Shown: positions 10,076-20,708, numbered from the stretch's first letter. The stretch is 64,000 nt of DNA from Bacteroidales bacterium (GCA_963678785.1 OY787449.1:448704-512703), one strand, 5' to 3'. Notes: generated from the letters alone by a model not told the origin. Program-made: numbers and translations.

Positions 10076-10512
10076 TCTTTTGCAATTTTTTATACCAACC
10101 TATAAGCTAGAGAAATAGTAGTTAAGCATTGGTGATATTCGGTTAGAAACCATTGTTTAGATTCCGTCAATTAAGTAAACCCAAAGATGGTTTGCAAGCA
10201 TCAAGAAAAAAACTATTGATGATTATTATAAGGGATTTATTGAATATATTGAAAGTTAAAAAAAAGAAAACTTTTCATCACAACTTATATACTCAATTTT
10301 TAAGGAATTGATCCTATTCAAATTGAGCTGCCCAAATTACATTGAAAGTCCATCAAATAATTTTCAATGCAATTAATGGACCGGAACCACAACCCCCTTT
10401 AGGCTTAATAGTCTAGAAAAACATATGGAATCCACTAGAATTTCTATCTAAGGATCCTTTTGATCTTTTCCATAAGATTAACTGTAAACTCAATTTTCCA
10501 GCACTTTACATA

Positions 10513-12450
10513 TTACAATGAGAGATTATGCCTTTTCATCTTTGAATACAAAGTCGTTCTGCTAATACCTAATTTATTACTTGCTTTTGTTATATTTCCA
10601 TCAAAATGCTTGAGACATGTTTTAATGGTTTGTTTTTCATTTTCCTCAAGTGTCATATAGAATATATCCTCATTGTCAATACAATTTGTTTGTTTTTCTT
10701 GCAGGCAAGAATCTTGATTCTGAAAATATTCAACATCTGTATTTGGGTTGGTAATATTAAAACTACTTTTACCATTAAAGTTAACTATATTTTCAACAAA
10801 ATTTTCAAGTTCACGTACATTTCCCGGCCAATTATAATCGTTTACGTTATTGATAATATCCTGTGAAATTGTGGGAATCGGTTTTTCTAATTTTTGGGCT
10901 TTTGTCTTCAAAAAATGGTTAAAAAGACTGATACGGTCATCTCCTCTTTCTCTTAATGGAGGAATAACTATGGGTATTACACTGAGTCTGTAAAAAAGAT
11001 CTTCACGAAAAGTGCCTTTTTTTACTTCTTCGAAAAGATTTTTTTTTGTAGCTGCAATTACTCTTATATCAACATGGATGTTCTTATTGCCGCCAATTCG
11101 TGTTACATAGCCTTCCTGAAGAACTCTTAATAAAGCAACTTGTAAATCTAGAGGCATTTCACCTATTTCGTCTAATAAAATTGTACCTCCGTTTGCAAGT
11201 TCAAATTTACCAACATGACCTCCTTTTTTGGAACCTGTAAAGGCTCCTTCTTCGTAACCAAAAAGTTCGCTTTCGATAAGATTTTTGGGCAATGCTCCGC
11301 AATTTACAGCTATAAAAACAGAGTTTCTTCTATAACTTGCATTGTGAATGCTCTGCGCAATAAGTTCTTTTCCAGTCCCACTTTCGCCTAAAAGTAGCAC
11401 CGTAGAAGGCGAATTTGATACATTCTCTGCATATTTAATTACTTGTATAAATTTCGTGCTATTGCCAATGATATCATCAAAAGAATATAGGGCATTCATT
11501 CCAGCATATTTGTTTACTAAATTAAATATCTTTTGTATTCCTTTTAAAGCCAAAACAATACCAATGATGGAATCACTATTATCCATTATTGGATAAACAT
11601 TTAGATTGTAGGACTTTTTGTTATCATTAAGCGATAGAGTCGTTTCCATATCTATATAGGTTTCGCCATTTTTAAAGCGTTCTATTATATCTCGCCATTC
11701 TATGATGTATTTATCAATAGAGATATCCATGCATTTTTCTTTTTCAAGATTAAGCATTGAACTAGCCAAATTGTTAAGAGTTTTAATCCTACCATCGATA
11801 TCAAGTGCCAAAATTCCAGAAGGTACTGCCTCAATAATTGATTTCATATGTAATAAGGCTTCATTTAGTTTGTGTTGTGTTTTCTCCTCTTTAATTTGGT
11901 TTTCGATGGCCTTTACAGCTGCTATTACCAACCCAAGCGTATGTGTATGTACCAAATGACTCTCACCTGTTAGATTAAGGGTTCCTATAATTTTACCTTC
12001 ATCATCATGAATTGGTGCTGCCGAGCAGGTCCAACGATGATATGCAGAAAGAAAGTGTTCTGATGCGGTTACCTGAATAGATTGATCTTCGCTAATGGCA
12101 GTTCCCATAGCATTGGTTCCAATAGACTTCTCTGCCATATATGCACCAACAACCATATTAAGCTTTTCAGATTCAGTAATGATTTCAGGGTCACCAACTG
12201 AATTTATGATACAACCTTCATCATCTGTTAAGAGAATAAAAAAGCCCGAATCAGCAACTATTTTATAAAGAATATCTATGAAAGGGTTTGCGATTCTCAG
12301 CAAATATTCATTGAGAAGCAGATTTGAAGATACTTCCTTACCTTTCAAAATCTTACCCGGAAAAACCTGATTTTTATTTATCCCATATTCTTCACTTCTC
12401 TGATGTGATTTTTTAATAATCTCTTGTTTAGTATTGCTTTTAGTGTTCAT
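10513..12450 (-). CDS. sigma-54-dependent transcriptional activator (GAF-PAS-AAA+-Fis HTH; AcoR-like)
   Basis: 645 aa. It carries Walker A GESGTGKE, the sigma-54 contact loop ELFGYEEGAFTGS, and a C-terminal HTH NITKASNKLGISRTTLYSKMKR. Confidence 0.9.
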   Translation of the reverse strand: MNTKSNTKQEIIKKSHQRSEEYGINKNQVFPGKILKGKEVSSNLLLNEYLLRIANPFIDILYKIVADSGFFILLTDDEGCIINSVGDPEIITESEKLNMVVGAYMAEKSIGTNAMGTAISEDQSIQVTASEHFLSAYHRWTCSAAPIHDDEGKIIGTLNLTGESHLVHTHTLGLVIAAVKAIENQIKEEKTQHKLNEALLHMKSIIEAVPSGILALDIDGRIKTLNNLASSMLNLEKEKCMDISIDKYIIEWRDIIERFKNGETYIDMETTLSLNDNKKSYNLNVYPIMDNSDSIIGIVLALKGIQKIFNLVNKYAGMNALYSFDDIIGNSTKFIQVIKYAENVSNSPSTVLLLGESGTGKELIAQSIHNASYRRNSVFIAVNCGALPKNLIESELFGYEEGAFTGSKKGGHVGKFELANGGTILLDEIGEMPLDLQVALLRVLQEGYVTRIGGNKNIHVDIRVIAATKKNLFEEVKKGTFREDLFYRLSVIPIVIPPLRERGDDRISLFNHFLKTKAQKLEKPIPTISQDIINNVNDYNWPGNVRELENFVENIVNFNGKSSFNITNPNTDVEYFQNQDSCLQEKQTNCIDNEDIFYMTLEENEKQTIKTCLKHFDGNITKASNKLGISRTTLYSKMKRHNLSL

Positions 12451-12546
12451 AGCTAATGAGGTATTGGTTTATTTTTTGTTTCCCAAGAAATTTATAAACA
12501 TTCCAAATAGTAACAACCATCGAAATAAATCAAATTTACGAAAAAT

Positions 12547-12584
12547 AGTGTTCAAATATTTAACAGTGTTCAGAAACAGAACAC
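12547..12584 (+). promoter_or_regulatory. candidate enhancer (UAS) for the sigma-54 activator
   Basis: AGTGTTCA at 12547 and 12565 forms a direct repeat. The second copy is part of a perfect inverted repeat GTGTTC-N7-GAACAC (12566..12584). The site lies ~110-145 bp upstream of the -24/-12 promoter. Confidence 0.4.
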
Positions 12585-12691
12585 AAAATTAACACAAATA
12601 TGTTCATAAACTTTACGATAAATTATCGCCTTAGCTCCAACACAACTTTAACACCACTCCAAAAGACTGACTGTCTGCGATTTATACTACC

Positions 12692-12707
12692 TGGCTTTAT
12701 TCTTGCT
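12692..12707 (+). promoter_or_regulatory. sigma-54 (-24/-12) promoter of the aor operon
   Basis: TGGCTTtattcTTGCT has the GG (12693-4) and GC (12705-6) dinucleotides exactly 12 nt apart. It matches TGGCAC-N5-TTGCW, lies ~60 nt upstream of the aor ATG, and sits next to a divergent EBP gene. Confidence 0.7.
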
Positions 12708-12765
12708 AAACAGATACTAGACTTATATTCTAATATAAACGAGTTTAAACCTAATTTAAAAGACT

Positions 12766-14565
12766 ATGTACGGATACAGAGGAAAAATCTTAAGAATTAA
12801 TCTATCTAAAAAAACATTTAATCTACAACAGTTAAACGAAGAGGAAGCCATGATGTACGTTGGTGGAAGAGGATTAGGCACTAAAATCATGTATGATGAA
12901 GTGGATCCACTCATCAGTCCATTCGACCCAGCCAACAAAGTTATTATTGCAACAGGTCCCATAACTGGCACCCCAACACCTGCTGGAGGCCGGTATATGG
13001 TAATTACCAAATCACCACTTACAGGAACAATTGCAAGTTCTAATTCCGGTGGTTTCTGGGGAGCTGAACTAAAATTTGCTGGTTATGATGTACTAATCCT
13101 CGAAGGAAAATCAGACAATCCGGTATATATCTGTATTGAAGATGATAAAATTGAGTTTAGAGATGCTACTCATGTTTGGGGTAAAACAACTATTGAAACT
13201 ACTAATTCATTATTAAAAGAGGTTCCGGAAAAATCAAAAGTACTTTGTATTGGCCCTGCTGGAGAAAATTTATCACGTATTGCAGGTGTAATGAACGATC
13301 TTGACAGAACTGCCGGCAGATCAGGTGTAGGTGCTGTTGTTGGCAGTAAGAACTTAAAAGCTATTGTAGTTAAAGGAAGTACTAAACCTGAAATTGCTAA
13401 AGCTGATGACTTGAAAAATGCAAGGAAAAAAGGTAGATCAAAATTAAAAGAAAATGGTGTTACTGGTGCTGGGCTACCAACATATGGTAGTAATGTTCTG
13501 GTAAATATTATTAATGAATCGGGTACTTTACCAACCAGAAATTTTCAGGAAGCTTATCATGCTGAAGCAGAAGAGTTTAGTGGTGAAGCCATGACTGAAA
13601 AATATCTACTTAGAAAAAAAGCTTGTTTTGCTTGCCCTATTGCATGTGGCCGTCAAATAAAAGTCGATGATCTAGAAACGGGAGGTCCTGAATTTGAAAC
13701 TGTATGGGCTTTTACCGCCGATTGCGGTGCATCAGATTTGGAGGTAGCTTTAAAAGCTAATTATTGGTGTAATGAACTGGGACTTGATACTATTTCTACC
13801 GGAGCTACCATAGCAACAGCAATGGAACTATATGAAAAAGGAATTATAAAAGATGAGGAACTAAATGGTCTAAGCTTAAAATTCGGTGATAGCAGCAGCA
13901 TTGTAGAATGGGTAAAAAAAATAGGCCGACGAGAAGGAATATTAGGCAAGAAAATGGCAGAAGGTTCATATCGCTTTGCCGAATCATACGGTCATCCCGA
14001 ACTATCAATGTCAATTAAAAAGCAGGAAATTCCTGCATATGATCCACGCGGGATTCAAGGACAAGGATTACAATACGCAACTTCAAATAGAGGCGGTTGT
14101 CATGTACGTGGTTACCTTATTTCACCTGAAATTCTCGGTCTTCCAGAAAAACTTGACCGTCTTGAAGTTGAAGGAAAACCAAAATGGGTGAAAATTTTTC
14201 AGAATCTTACTGCATTTATCGACTCCTGCGGAATGTGCCTGTTTACCTCTTTTGCTCTTAATCTAGATGATTATGCAGAGATGTATTCTGCAATAACGGG
14301 TAAATTATATACTGGAGAACAGATTCTTGAACTCGGCGATCGCATTTGGAATCTTGAGAGAGTCTGGAACCTGAAAGCAGGTATTGATCCTTCACAGGAT
14401 AAATTACCGAAACGATTGATGGAAGATGCTATTCCTTCTGGACCTTCAAAAGGCCATAAGAGCCGTCTTACAGAAATGCTTCCTCTTTATTATAAAGAAA
14501 GAGGTTGGGATGAAAAAGGATTTCCTACTCCAGAAAAGCTAAAATCATTGGGTGTTACTGCCTAA
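12766..14565 (+). CDS. aor: aldehyde:ferredoxin oxidoreductase (tungsten/molybdopterin AOR family)
   Basis: 599 aa. It has the AFOR_N signature (MYGYRGKILRINLS ... GGRGLGTKIMYDEV) and the 4Fe-4S ligand cluster CFACPIACGR. Confidence 0.9.
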   Translation: MYGYRGKILRINLSKKTFNLQQLNEEEAMMYVGGRGLGTKIMYDEVDPLISPFDPANKVIIATGPITGTPTPAGGRYMVITKSPLTGTIASSNSGGFWGAELKFAGYDVLILEGKSDNPVYICIEDDKIEFRDATHVWGKTTIETTNSLLKEVPEKSKVLCIGPAGENLSRIAGVMNDLDRTAGRSGVGAVVGSKNLKAIVVKGSTKPEIAKADDLKNARKKGRSKLKENGVTGAGLPTYGSNVLVNIINESGTLPTRNFQEAYHAEAEEFSGEAMTEKYLLRKKACFACPIACGRQIKVDDLETGGPEFETVWAFTADCGASDLEVALKANYWCNELGLDTISTGATIATAMELYEKGIIKDEELNGLSLKFGDSSSIVEWVKKIGRREGILGKKMAEGSYRFAESYGHPELSMSIKKQEIPAYDPRGIQGQGLQYATSNRGGCHVRGYLISPEILGLPEKLDRLEVEGKPKWVKIFQNLTAFIDSCGMCLFTSFALNLDDYAEMYSAITGKLYTGEQILELGDRIWNLERVWNLKAGIDPSQDKLPKRLMEDAIPSGPSKGHKSRLTEMLPLYYKERGWDEKGFPTPEKLKSLGVTA

Positions 14566-14716
14566 ATATGCTGATAAAAAAATGCTGTCGCTTCCTTTTT
14601 TAAATTGGGAAGTGCCAGCTTTTTATAATATTTATTAGGCCTCTGATATAAAAATATCACATTTATCTCTTATGCAATAATTAAATATATAACCTAAAAT
14701 TAACAAATTGAAAACT

Positions 14717-14941
14717 ATGCAGATTAAGGTGAGACTATTCGCAACTTTACGTGAGGGAAGAGAAAAGGAATATTTGATGACATTAAATAAATCTGAAACT
14801 GTTTTGGATATTACTAATCGTTTGGACATTAATGCTCAAGATATAGCCATCTTACTTGTTAATGGCATGGATCGTCCATTAGAGATTGGAATACAAGATG
14901 GTGATGTGGTTTCCATATTTCCACCAGTGGGAGGAGGCTGA
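14717..14941 (+). CDS. MoaD/ThiS-family sulfur-carrier protein
   Basis: ~74 aa beta-grasp-like protein (MQIKVRLFATLRE...) ending in the VGGG C-terminus. I moved the start from TTG 14708 to ATG 14717. Confidence 0.75.
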   Translation: MQIKVRLFATLREGREKEYLMTLNKSETVLDITNRLDINAQDIAILLVNGMDRPLEIGIQDGDVVSIFPPVGGG

Positions 14942-15012
14942 GATACTCTAATTCCGATTGGATTTCTTCGTGCTAAAATCATCTTTTGACATTAGAACTT
15001 AATATTAATAAA

Positions 15013-15729
15013 ATGGAAAAGCGATATTTAAAAAATGAGAATACTCTTAGCCGAGAGGAGAATCTATCGTTGCGAGAAAAGCGTGTTGCAGTATTAGGCT
15101 GTGGAGGTTTGGGAGGATACATCATAGAGCAAATTGCCCGGCTTGGCATCGGCCACATAACAGTGATTGATGGAGACGTGTTTGACGAATCAAATCTAAA
15201 CAGACAATTGCTTTCAACAGTTGAAAATATTGGACGAGCAAAAGTTCTTGCAGCACAAGAGCGAATAGAAAAAGTAAATCCGGATATAAAAGTTGTTATC
15301 CACAATTTATTTCTGAATGAAGAAAACGCATTAGATTTTCTTCAGAATCATGATGTCATCTGCGATGCCCTAGATAACTTAAATACACGGATATTATTAC
15401 AAGAATCTGCTTCGCTGCTACAAATACCCCTTGTACATGGTGCAATTGCCGGCTGGTATGGACAAGTCACTACCCTATTTCCCGGATTTAATATTCCAGG
15501 AAGTCTTTTTAGGACAAATATCAATAATAGTGCTGAACAAAAATTGGGAAACCCTTCATTTATATCTGGCCTCATAGCCTCTATTCAAGTTTCAGAAATA
15601 GTTAAAATTCTTAGCGGCAAAGGGAGGTGTTTGCGCAATCGTTTAATGATTATCGATACTCTGGAGCATGACATTGAAGTCATTGATCTACATGATGCGA
15701 AACCCACTTTGCATTCAAATAAAGCATAA
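15013..15729 (+). CDS. ThiF/MoeB/HesA-family E1-like adenylyltransferase
   Basis: Rossmann motif VAVLGCGGLGGYIIEQIARLGIG followed by DGDVFDESNLNRQ. I moved the start from TTG 14986 to ATG 15013. Confidence 0.85.
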   Translation: MEKRYLKNENTLSREENLSLREKRVAVLGCGGLGGYIIEQIARLGIGHITVIDGDVFDESNLNRQLLSTVENIGRAKVLAAQERIEKVNPDIKVVIHNLFLNEENALDFLQNHDVICDALDNLNTRILLQESASLLQIPLVHGAIAGWYGQVTTLFPGFNIPGSLFRTNINNSAEQKLGNPSFISGLIASIQVSEIVKILSGKGRCLRNRLMIIDTLEHDIEVIDLHDAKPTLHSNKA

Positions 15730-16117
15730 AGGATGTCTTTAAATCCAAAATCATAAAAGGCTGAAATTTATAATAAATTGATAGCAACATTAGCTACATA
15801 ATTTAAATGAAATCCGTATTTATCTATCAGGAAATAAGAAGATAAACTACAAATACCTTTATTGAAGTTTACATCTGCTAAAGTTTCTATCAACCTGATT
15901 GTATTACCCAAAGTCAATACATAATTGTAAAAAAAATTGGCAAAAACCCAGATAAATTAAAAGAAAAATCAGTAAGGTTAGAAACTAATTTAGTGTAAAG
16001 TCTAATCTATAAATTTGTAAAGAATGTATCTTAATGAACATGCTCAAAAAAGAAAATCTGTTGGTAGATAAATTAAATCTATTAAATTTATATGAAATTA
16101 TTTTGAAGTGATAAGAG

Positions 16118-18499
16118 ATGAAAAGATATTTTTTATTTAATAGGCATATTATAATCGTAACTACTTTGTTAATTTCTTTTATAACCATTTATGGCGAGAA
16201 CATTGATAGCCTTTTAGTATTGACCCAATCTGACGATAAACAAGTTAGACTTAACACTTTTTCATCTCTTGCAGAAAATAGAAATTTACCATCTGATGAG
16301 AGAATAAACTATTCATTGAACAGTTTAGATTTGGCAAAAGAGTTACAAGATAAAAATGCAGAAGCTAATTCGTATTTTCTAGTCGGTGCAGCCTATACCG
16401 ACGCAGGCGAATACGATAAAGCGGTACATCATTTACAGACTTCAATACAGATTTATAATTTATTGGAAGATAAAAAACAGATGGCCAAACCTTTGGAAAC
16501 ACTTGGAAGAACTTATTTCTATTTAAAGCAGCCAAATAAAAGTCTGGAAATGATGGAAGAAGCACACGCCATTAAAACCGAATTAGGCAATAAATACGAA
16601 ATAGGATTGTCGAATATAGGCCTTGGAAACGTGCATGCAATGATGGGTAATTTAGACAAAGCGCTTGAATTGTTTTTAAAGGCAGAAGCTATTCTTGAAG
16701 ACCTGCAAAGAATGGAGAACATATCGAAAGTATACAATAATATTGCAAATATATATTTTGCCAAAGAAGAAATGAACAAAGTTCTTCCTTATCGCTTAAA
16801 GGCCTTAGAATTAGACCGTATGGCTAAAAATGAGCGACAAATATCGTTTAAAACATATAATCTGGCAGAATATTACCTTGCCGTAAATAAAACCGAAAGT
16901 GCTCTACCATATATTGAGGAATCGCTGGCACTTTCTGAAAAATTACAAGACAAAGAATTAAAGCTCGATAATTTAAAGTTTTTAACCGAATACTACGTTA
17001 AAAGCAACAGCCCGGAGAAGGCACAAGAATACCTAAAAAAATCATTTTTGTTAAGCGATGAATTATTTAGTAAGGAGTTAAGCAAACAGGTTGGAGAAAT
17101 GCAAACACTTTATGAAACAGAAAAAGCAATTAAAGAAAAACAACTTGCCAACTTAAACCTTTCAAAAGCAGAGCAAAAAAAGAATGTACTGTTATTTCTC
17201 TTTTTAATCGCACTAATACTTATTGTGGTACTTGTGTATAACTATATTCAAAAGAAAAAATTTAATGCATTGCTAAAATCCGAGGTTAGGCAAAAAACGT
17301 ACGAACTGAAAAAAACAAATGCACATCTTATTGATAACATTAATCTCTTAAAAAAAGAAAAAGAAAAAGCCGAAGAGAGCGACATGCTTAAATCTGCATT
17401 TTTAGCTAATATGAGCCACGAAATACGAACTCCAATGAATGGAATTTTGGGTTTTGCAGAACTGCTTAAAAATGCGGAATTATCAGGACAAGAACAACAA
17501 AAGTACATTCAAATCATTGAAAAAAGTGGCGCCCGAATGCTTAATATCATCAATAATATTGTGAGTATTTCGAAAATAGAATCTGGCACATCCGATATCA
17601 ATATATCTGAAACAAATATTAACAATCAACTTCAACTTGTTTACGACACGCTTAAACTGGATGCGGAAAATAAAAAACTCAATCTATCTTTTGATTGTTC
17701 CTTGCCGAAAGAAAAAGCAAACATTCATACAGATTGTGAAAAATTAAATGGAATACTTTTAAACCTGGTAAAAAATGCCATTAAATATACTAATAAAGGA
17801 AAAATCGAATTTGGATATATTAGAAAAGAAGAAGAACTTGAATTTTATGTCAGAGACAATGGAATAGGAATTCCAAAAGAAAGACTTGATGCCATATTTG
17901 AACGGTTTATTCAAGCAGATATAGTTGATAATATGGCTCGTCAAGGTGCAGGCTTGGGGTTGAGCATTTCGAGAGCTTATGTGGAAATGCTGGGAGGTAA
18001 AATCTGGGTAGAAAGCGAAGAAACTAAAGGTTCAACTTTCTATTTTACCCTCCCATCTAAAATTGATACTGAAAGAAAAATTACAATACCTGAAAAATCT
18101 AAAAACGAAGTCAAACAAATAATCCCGGAAGTTTCTGAGTTAAAAGTATTAATTGCTGAAGACGATGAAGTTTCTGAAACCTTAATTTCAATTGAGCTTG
18201 AAAAGTTCAGCAAGGAAATACTTTCTGTAAGCACGGGAATTGAAGCTGTTGAAACCTGCCAAAAGTTTCCAGACATTGATTTAGTGCTAATGGACATTCA
18301 AATGCCTAATTTAAACGGATATGAAGCAACTCGAAAAATCCGTGAATTTAATAAAGAAGTAATTATAATTGCTCAAACAGCTTTTGCTCTCGCAGGAGAT
18401 ATGGAAAAAGTAATAGAAGCAGGGTGTAATAACTATATAACTAAACCGATTAACAAAATGGAATTGCAGGCGATGATACAAAAGTATTTTGGAGCATAA
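16118..18499 (+). CDS. hybrid sensor histidine kinase / response regulator with N-terminal TPR sensor
   Basis: 793 aa: signal, TPR repeats, one TM, H-box SHEIRTPMNGILG, N-box LVKNAIKYT, G-boxes DNGIGIP and GAGLGLSIS, and a receiver domain (LMDIQMPNLNG ... ITKPI). Confidence 0.9.
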   Translation: MKRYFLFNRHIIIVTTLLISFITIYGENIDSLLVLTQSDDKQVRLNTFSSLAENRNLPSDERINYSLNSLDLAKELQDKNAEANSYFLVGAAYTDAGEYDKAVHHLQTSIQIYNLLEDKKQMAKPLETLGRTYFYLKQPNKSLEMMEEAHAIKTELGNKYEIGLSNIGLGNVHAMMGNLDKALELFLKAEAILEDLQRMENISKVYNNIANIYFAKEEMNKVLPYRLKALELDRMAKNERQISFKTYNLAEYYLAVNKTESALPYIEESLALSEKLQDKELKLDNLKFLTEYYVKSNSPEKAQEYLKKSFLLSDELFSKELSKQVGEMQTLYETEKAIKEKQLANLNLSKAEQKKNVLLFLFLIALILIVVLVYNYIQKKKFNALLKSEVRQKTYELKKTNAHLIDNINLLKKEKEKAEESDMLKSAFLANMSHEIRTPMNGILGFAELLKNAELSGQEQQKYIQIIEKSGARMLNIINNIVSISKIESGTSDINISETNINNQLQLVYDTLKLDAENKKLNLSFDCSLPKEKANIHTDCEKLNGILLNLVKNAIKYTNKGKIEFGYIRKEEELEFYVRDNGIGIPKERLDAIFERFIQADIVDNMARQGAGLGLSISRAYVEMLGGKIWVESEETKGSTFYFTLPSKIDTERKITIPEKSKNEVKQIIPEVSELKVLIAEDDEVSETLISIELEKFSKEILSVSTGIEAVETCQKFPDIDLVLMDIQMPNLNGYEATRKIREFNKEVIIIAQTAFALAGDMEKVIEAGCNNYITKPINKMELQAMIQKYFGA

Positions 18500-18551
18500 A
18501 GTACATGGCTATAACAAAATGTAAATATAATGCGGGTATCAAAACTTTGGT

Positions 18552-18950
18552 GTGGAACACAGGGTAGCCAGCTGGTTTTCTTTATCTGCCGAATTTCTAA
18601 TACAGCAATGGCAAGACAAAACACCAGGAATAGAAAATAAAAGTAAGTTTGGAATGGGAAGTGGTATCATGACTTACTACCGTTGGTATTTTTTTGGTAA
18701 AAAAAGGCTCAGTCCATATCTCGAGTATGGAACAGGTGTATTTTGGGGTTTCGAAAAATTCCCATACAATGGGACAAACTTTACATTCAGTCACTCCTCC
18801 CAGCTGGGATTAGAATATACCTTAAAATGTGATAATAAAATTAGATTTAGCTATGGTAACTTTCATCAATCTAACAATGGCTGGCTTGAATCAAACCCTG
18901 GTTATGATGGGAATGGCTTTAGTATTAGTTTTGCATGGCAATTGAAATAA
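18552..18950 (+). CDS. acyloxyacyl hydrolase (PagL-like lipid A deacylase family), probably an N-terminally truncated remnant
   Basis: The C-terminal beta-barrel-like sequence (SHSSQLGLEYT ... FHQSNNGWLESNPGYDGNGFSISFAWQLK) resembles this family. It has a GTG start and no signal peptide. A short out-of-frame ATG ORF lies just upstream. Confidence 0.45.
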   Translation: MEHRVASWFSLSAEFLIQQWQDKTPGIENKSKFGMGSGIMTYYRWYFFGKKRLSPYLEYGTGVFWGFEKFPYNGTNFTFSHSSQLGLEYTLKCDNKIRFSYGNFHQSNNGWLESNPGYDGNGFSISFAWQLK

Positions 18951-19268
18951 AAACCAACGTCAACAAAAACTAAAAAACAAAGCGGCTTCGACCAAAAATA
19001 AAACCAACACAATATTGTAATCTTCCACATCTACAAACAGGAAAACGCCACAAAAACACGCTTCATTATTTATCCAAAACGATAGAAGCAAGCATTAAAG
19101 AATGCAAAGAATTCAATAACCTGGCGCAACCAATCCACTTCAAAAAGAATTAAATCTTTATAGATAGATTTATCTATTCTGATGATAGAATACTCAAACT
19201 TGTTGATTGCTTTCTTTTAAAATTTAATATAATCATAATATTGCTGCATATTTCAATGTAAGAAGTTT

Positions 19269-20708
19269 ATGAGAAAGAATGGATTATTAATTTCTTGTAT
19301 GCTCTCAATGCTTATGTTTTGGGCATGCAACAAGGATGAGAGCTTAACGGAATTTAAAGCGGAAACAGATGACGAACAGCAAGAATTAATTGATGACTCA
19401 GGTATTGATAACATTATCGACCATGATGATGCGACCGATTATATATGGAACAGTTCCGATGTAATTGAGGTAAATCTTAATGGTAGCTCTGCAAGTTCAA
19501 ATGGGTCGGGTTTAACAATAAACGGTAGTAAAATAACTATTACCACTGCAGGAAACTATAGCTTTAGTGGGACTTTAGACGATGGGCAAATTTATGTTGA
19601 TACGGAAGACGAAACAATTGTTCGGCTCATTTTAAACAATGCAGATTTAACGTGCTCTAACAATGCTGCAATTTATGTGAACAATGCTAAAAAGGTAATG
19701 CTGGTTTTAGCAGATGGAACCTCAAATAAAGTTAATGACGGTATTTCATACAGTAGTGAAGAAGAAGATGCAAATGCGGCTATCTTTAGCAAGGAAAACC
19801 TCACCATCTTTGGCAATGGTTCACTTACTGTTACAGGCAATTATAATGACGGACTTACAAGTAAAGATGGTTTGATAATAGCCAGTGGAAATATTACTGT
19901 TGATGCTTTAGATGATGGTATTCGCGGCAAGGACTACATGCTTATTAATAGTGGAGAAATAACTGTTAATTGCGGCGGTGATGGACTAAAATCAGACAAT
20001 ATCGAAGACGAAGGACGTGGTTACATTACGATTAACAACGGCAATATTGATATTACATCAGGTGGCGATGCCATTTATGGTGGGAAAGATATTTTAGTTC
20101 TTAATGGCGAAATTAGCTTAAAATCAGGTGGTGGAAACAATGCTAATTTAAGTAGTGATGTATCGGCCAAAGCATTCAAATCTGGAATTGTAATTCAGTT
20201 TTACGGAGGCACTATAAGCATTGATGCAGCAGATGATGGTATTCACTCCGATGGTGACATTGAACTTTATGGAGGAACTTTTTATATTGAGTCTGGCGAT
20301 GATGGTATACATGCTGAAAACAACATTGAAATTGAAAAATCAACAATTACTGTTAATAATTCATTGGAAGGAATTGAAGCTGGTTACATTACTGTAAACA
20401 GTGGTGTAATTATAGTGACAGCAACCGATGACGGATTTAATGCCACACAGGGTTTGGAAGTGCATAGTAATGATGGAAGCCAGTTGACAGTAAACGGTGG
20501 TGATATTACCGTAAACATGTCGGGTTATGATGTTGATGCAATGGATTCAAATGGTAACATTATCATAAATGGAGGTATAATTAACATGTACATCCCTACA
20601 ACAGGACCGTCTTCAGCTCTGGATGCTAATGGCACAATTACTATAGATAGTGATTCAGATGTTTACGTAAATAACGAGGTATATACAAGTTCTGGCGGTG
20701 GGCATTAA
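19269..20708 (+). CDS. secreted lipoprotein with parallel beta-helix-like repeats (carbohydrate-binding/DUF4353-like)
   Basis: It has a lipoprotein signal (MFWAC). ITITTAGNYSFSGTLDDGQIYVDT is followed by repeated DDGI/GGDA segments typical of that family. Confidence 0.6.
   Translation: MRKNGLLISCMLSMLMFWACNKDESLTEFKAETDDEQQELIDDSGIDNIIDHDDATDYIWNSSDVIEVNLNGSSASSNGSGLTINGSKITITTAGNYSFSGTLDDGQIYVDTEDETIVRLILNNADLTCSNNAAIYVNNAKKVMLVLADGTSNKVNDGISYSSEEEDANAAIFSKENLTIFGNGSLTVTGNYNDGLTSKDGLIIASGNITVDALDDGIRGKDYMLINSGEITVNCGGDGLKSDNIEDEGRGYITINNGNIDITSGGDAIYGGKDILVLNGEISLKSGGGNNANLSSDVSAKAFKSGIVIQFYGGTISIDAADDGIHSDGDIELYGGTFYIESGDDGIHAENNIEIEKSTITVNNSLEGIEAGYITVNSGVIIVTATDDGFNATQGLEVHSNDGSQLTVNGGDITVNMSGYDVDAMDSNGNIIINGGIINMYIPTTGPSSALDANGTITIDSDSDVYVNNEVYTSSGGGH

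Noticed and set aside
14717-15729. The MoaD-like plus ThiF-like pair could be a ubiquitin-like conjugation or anti-phage module.
   Set aside because: There is no E2-like, JAB/deubiquitinase or effector gene nearby. Direct operonic linkage to an AOR fits pterin-cofactor sulfur transfer.
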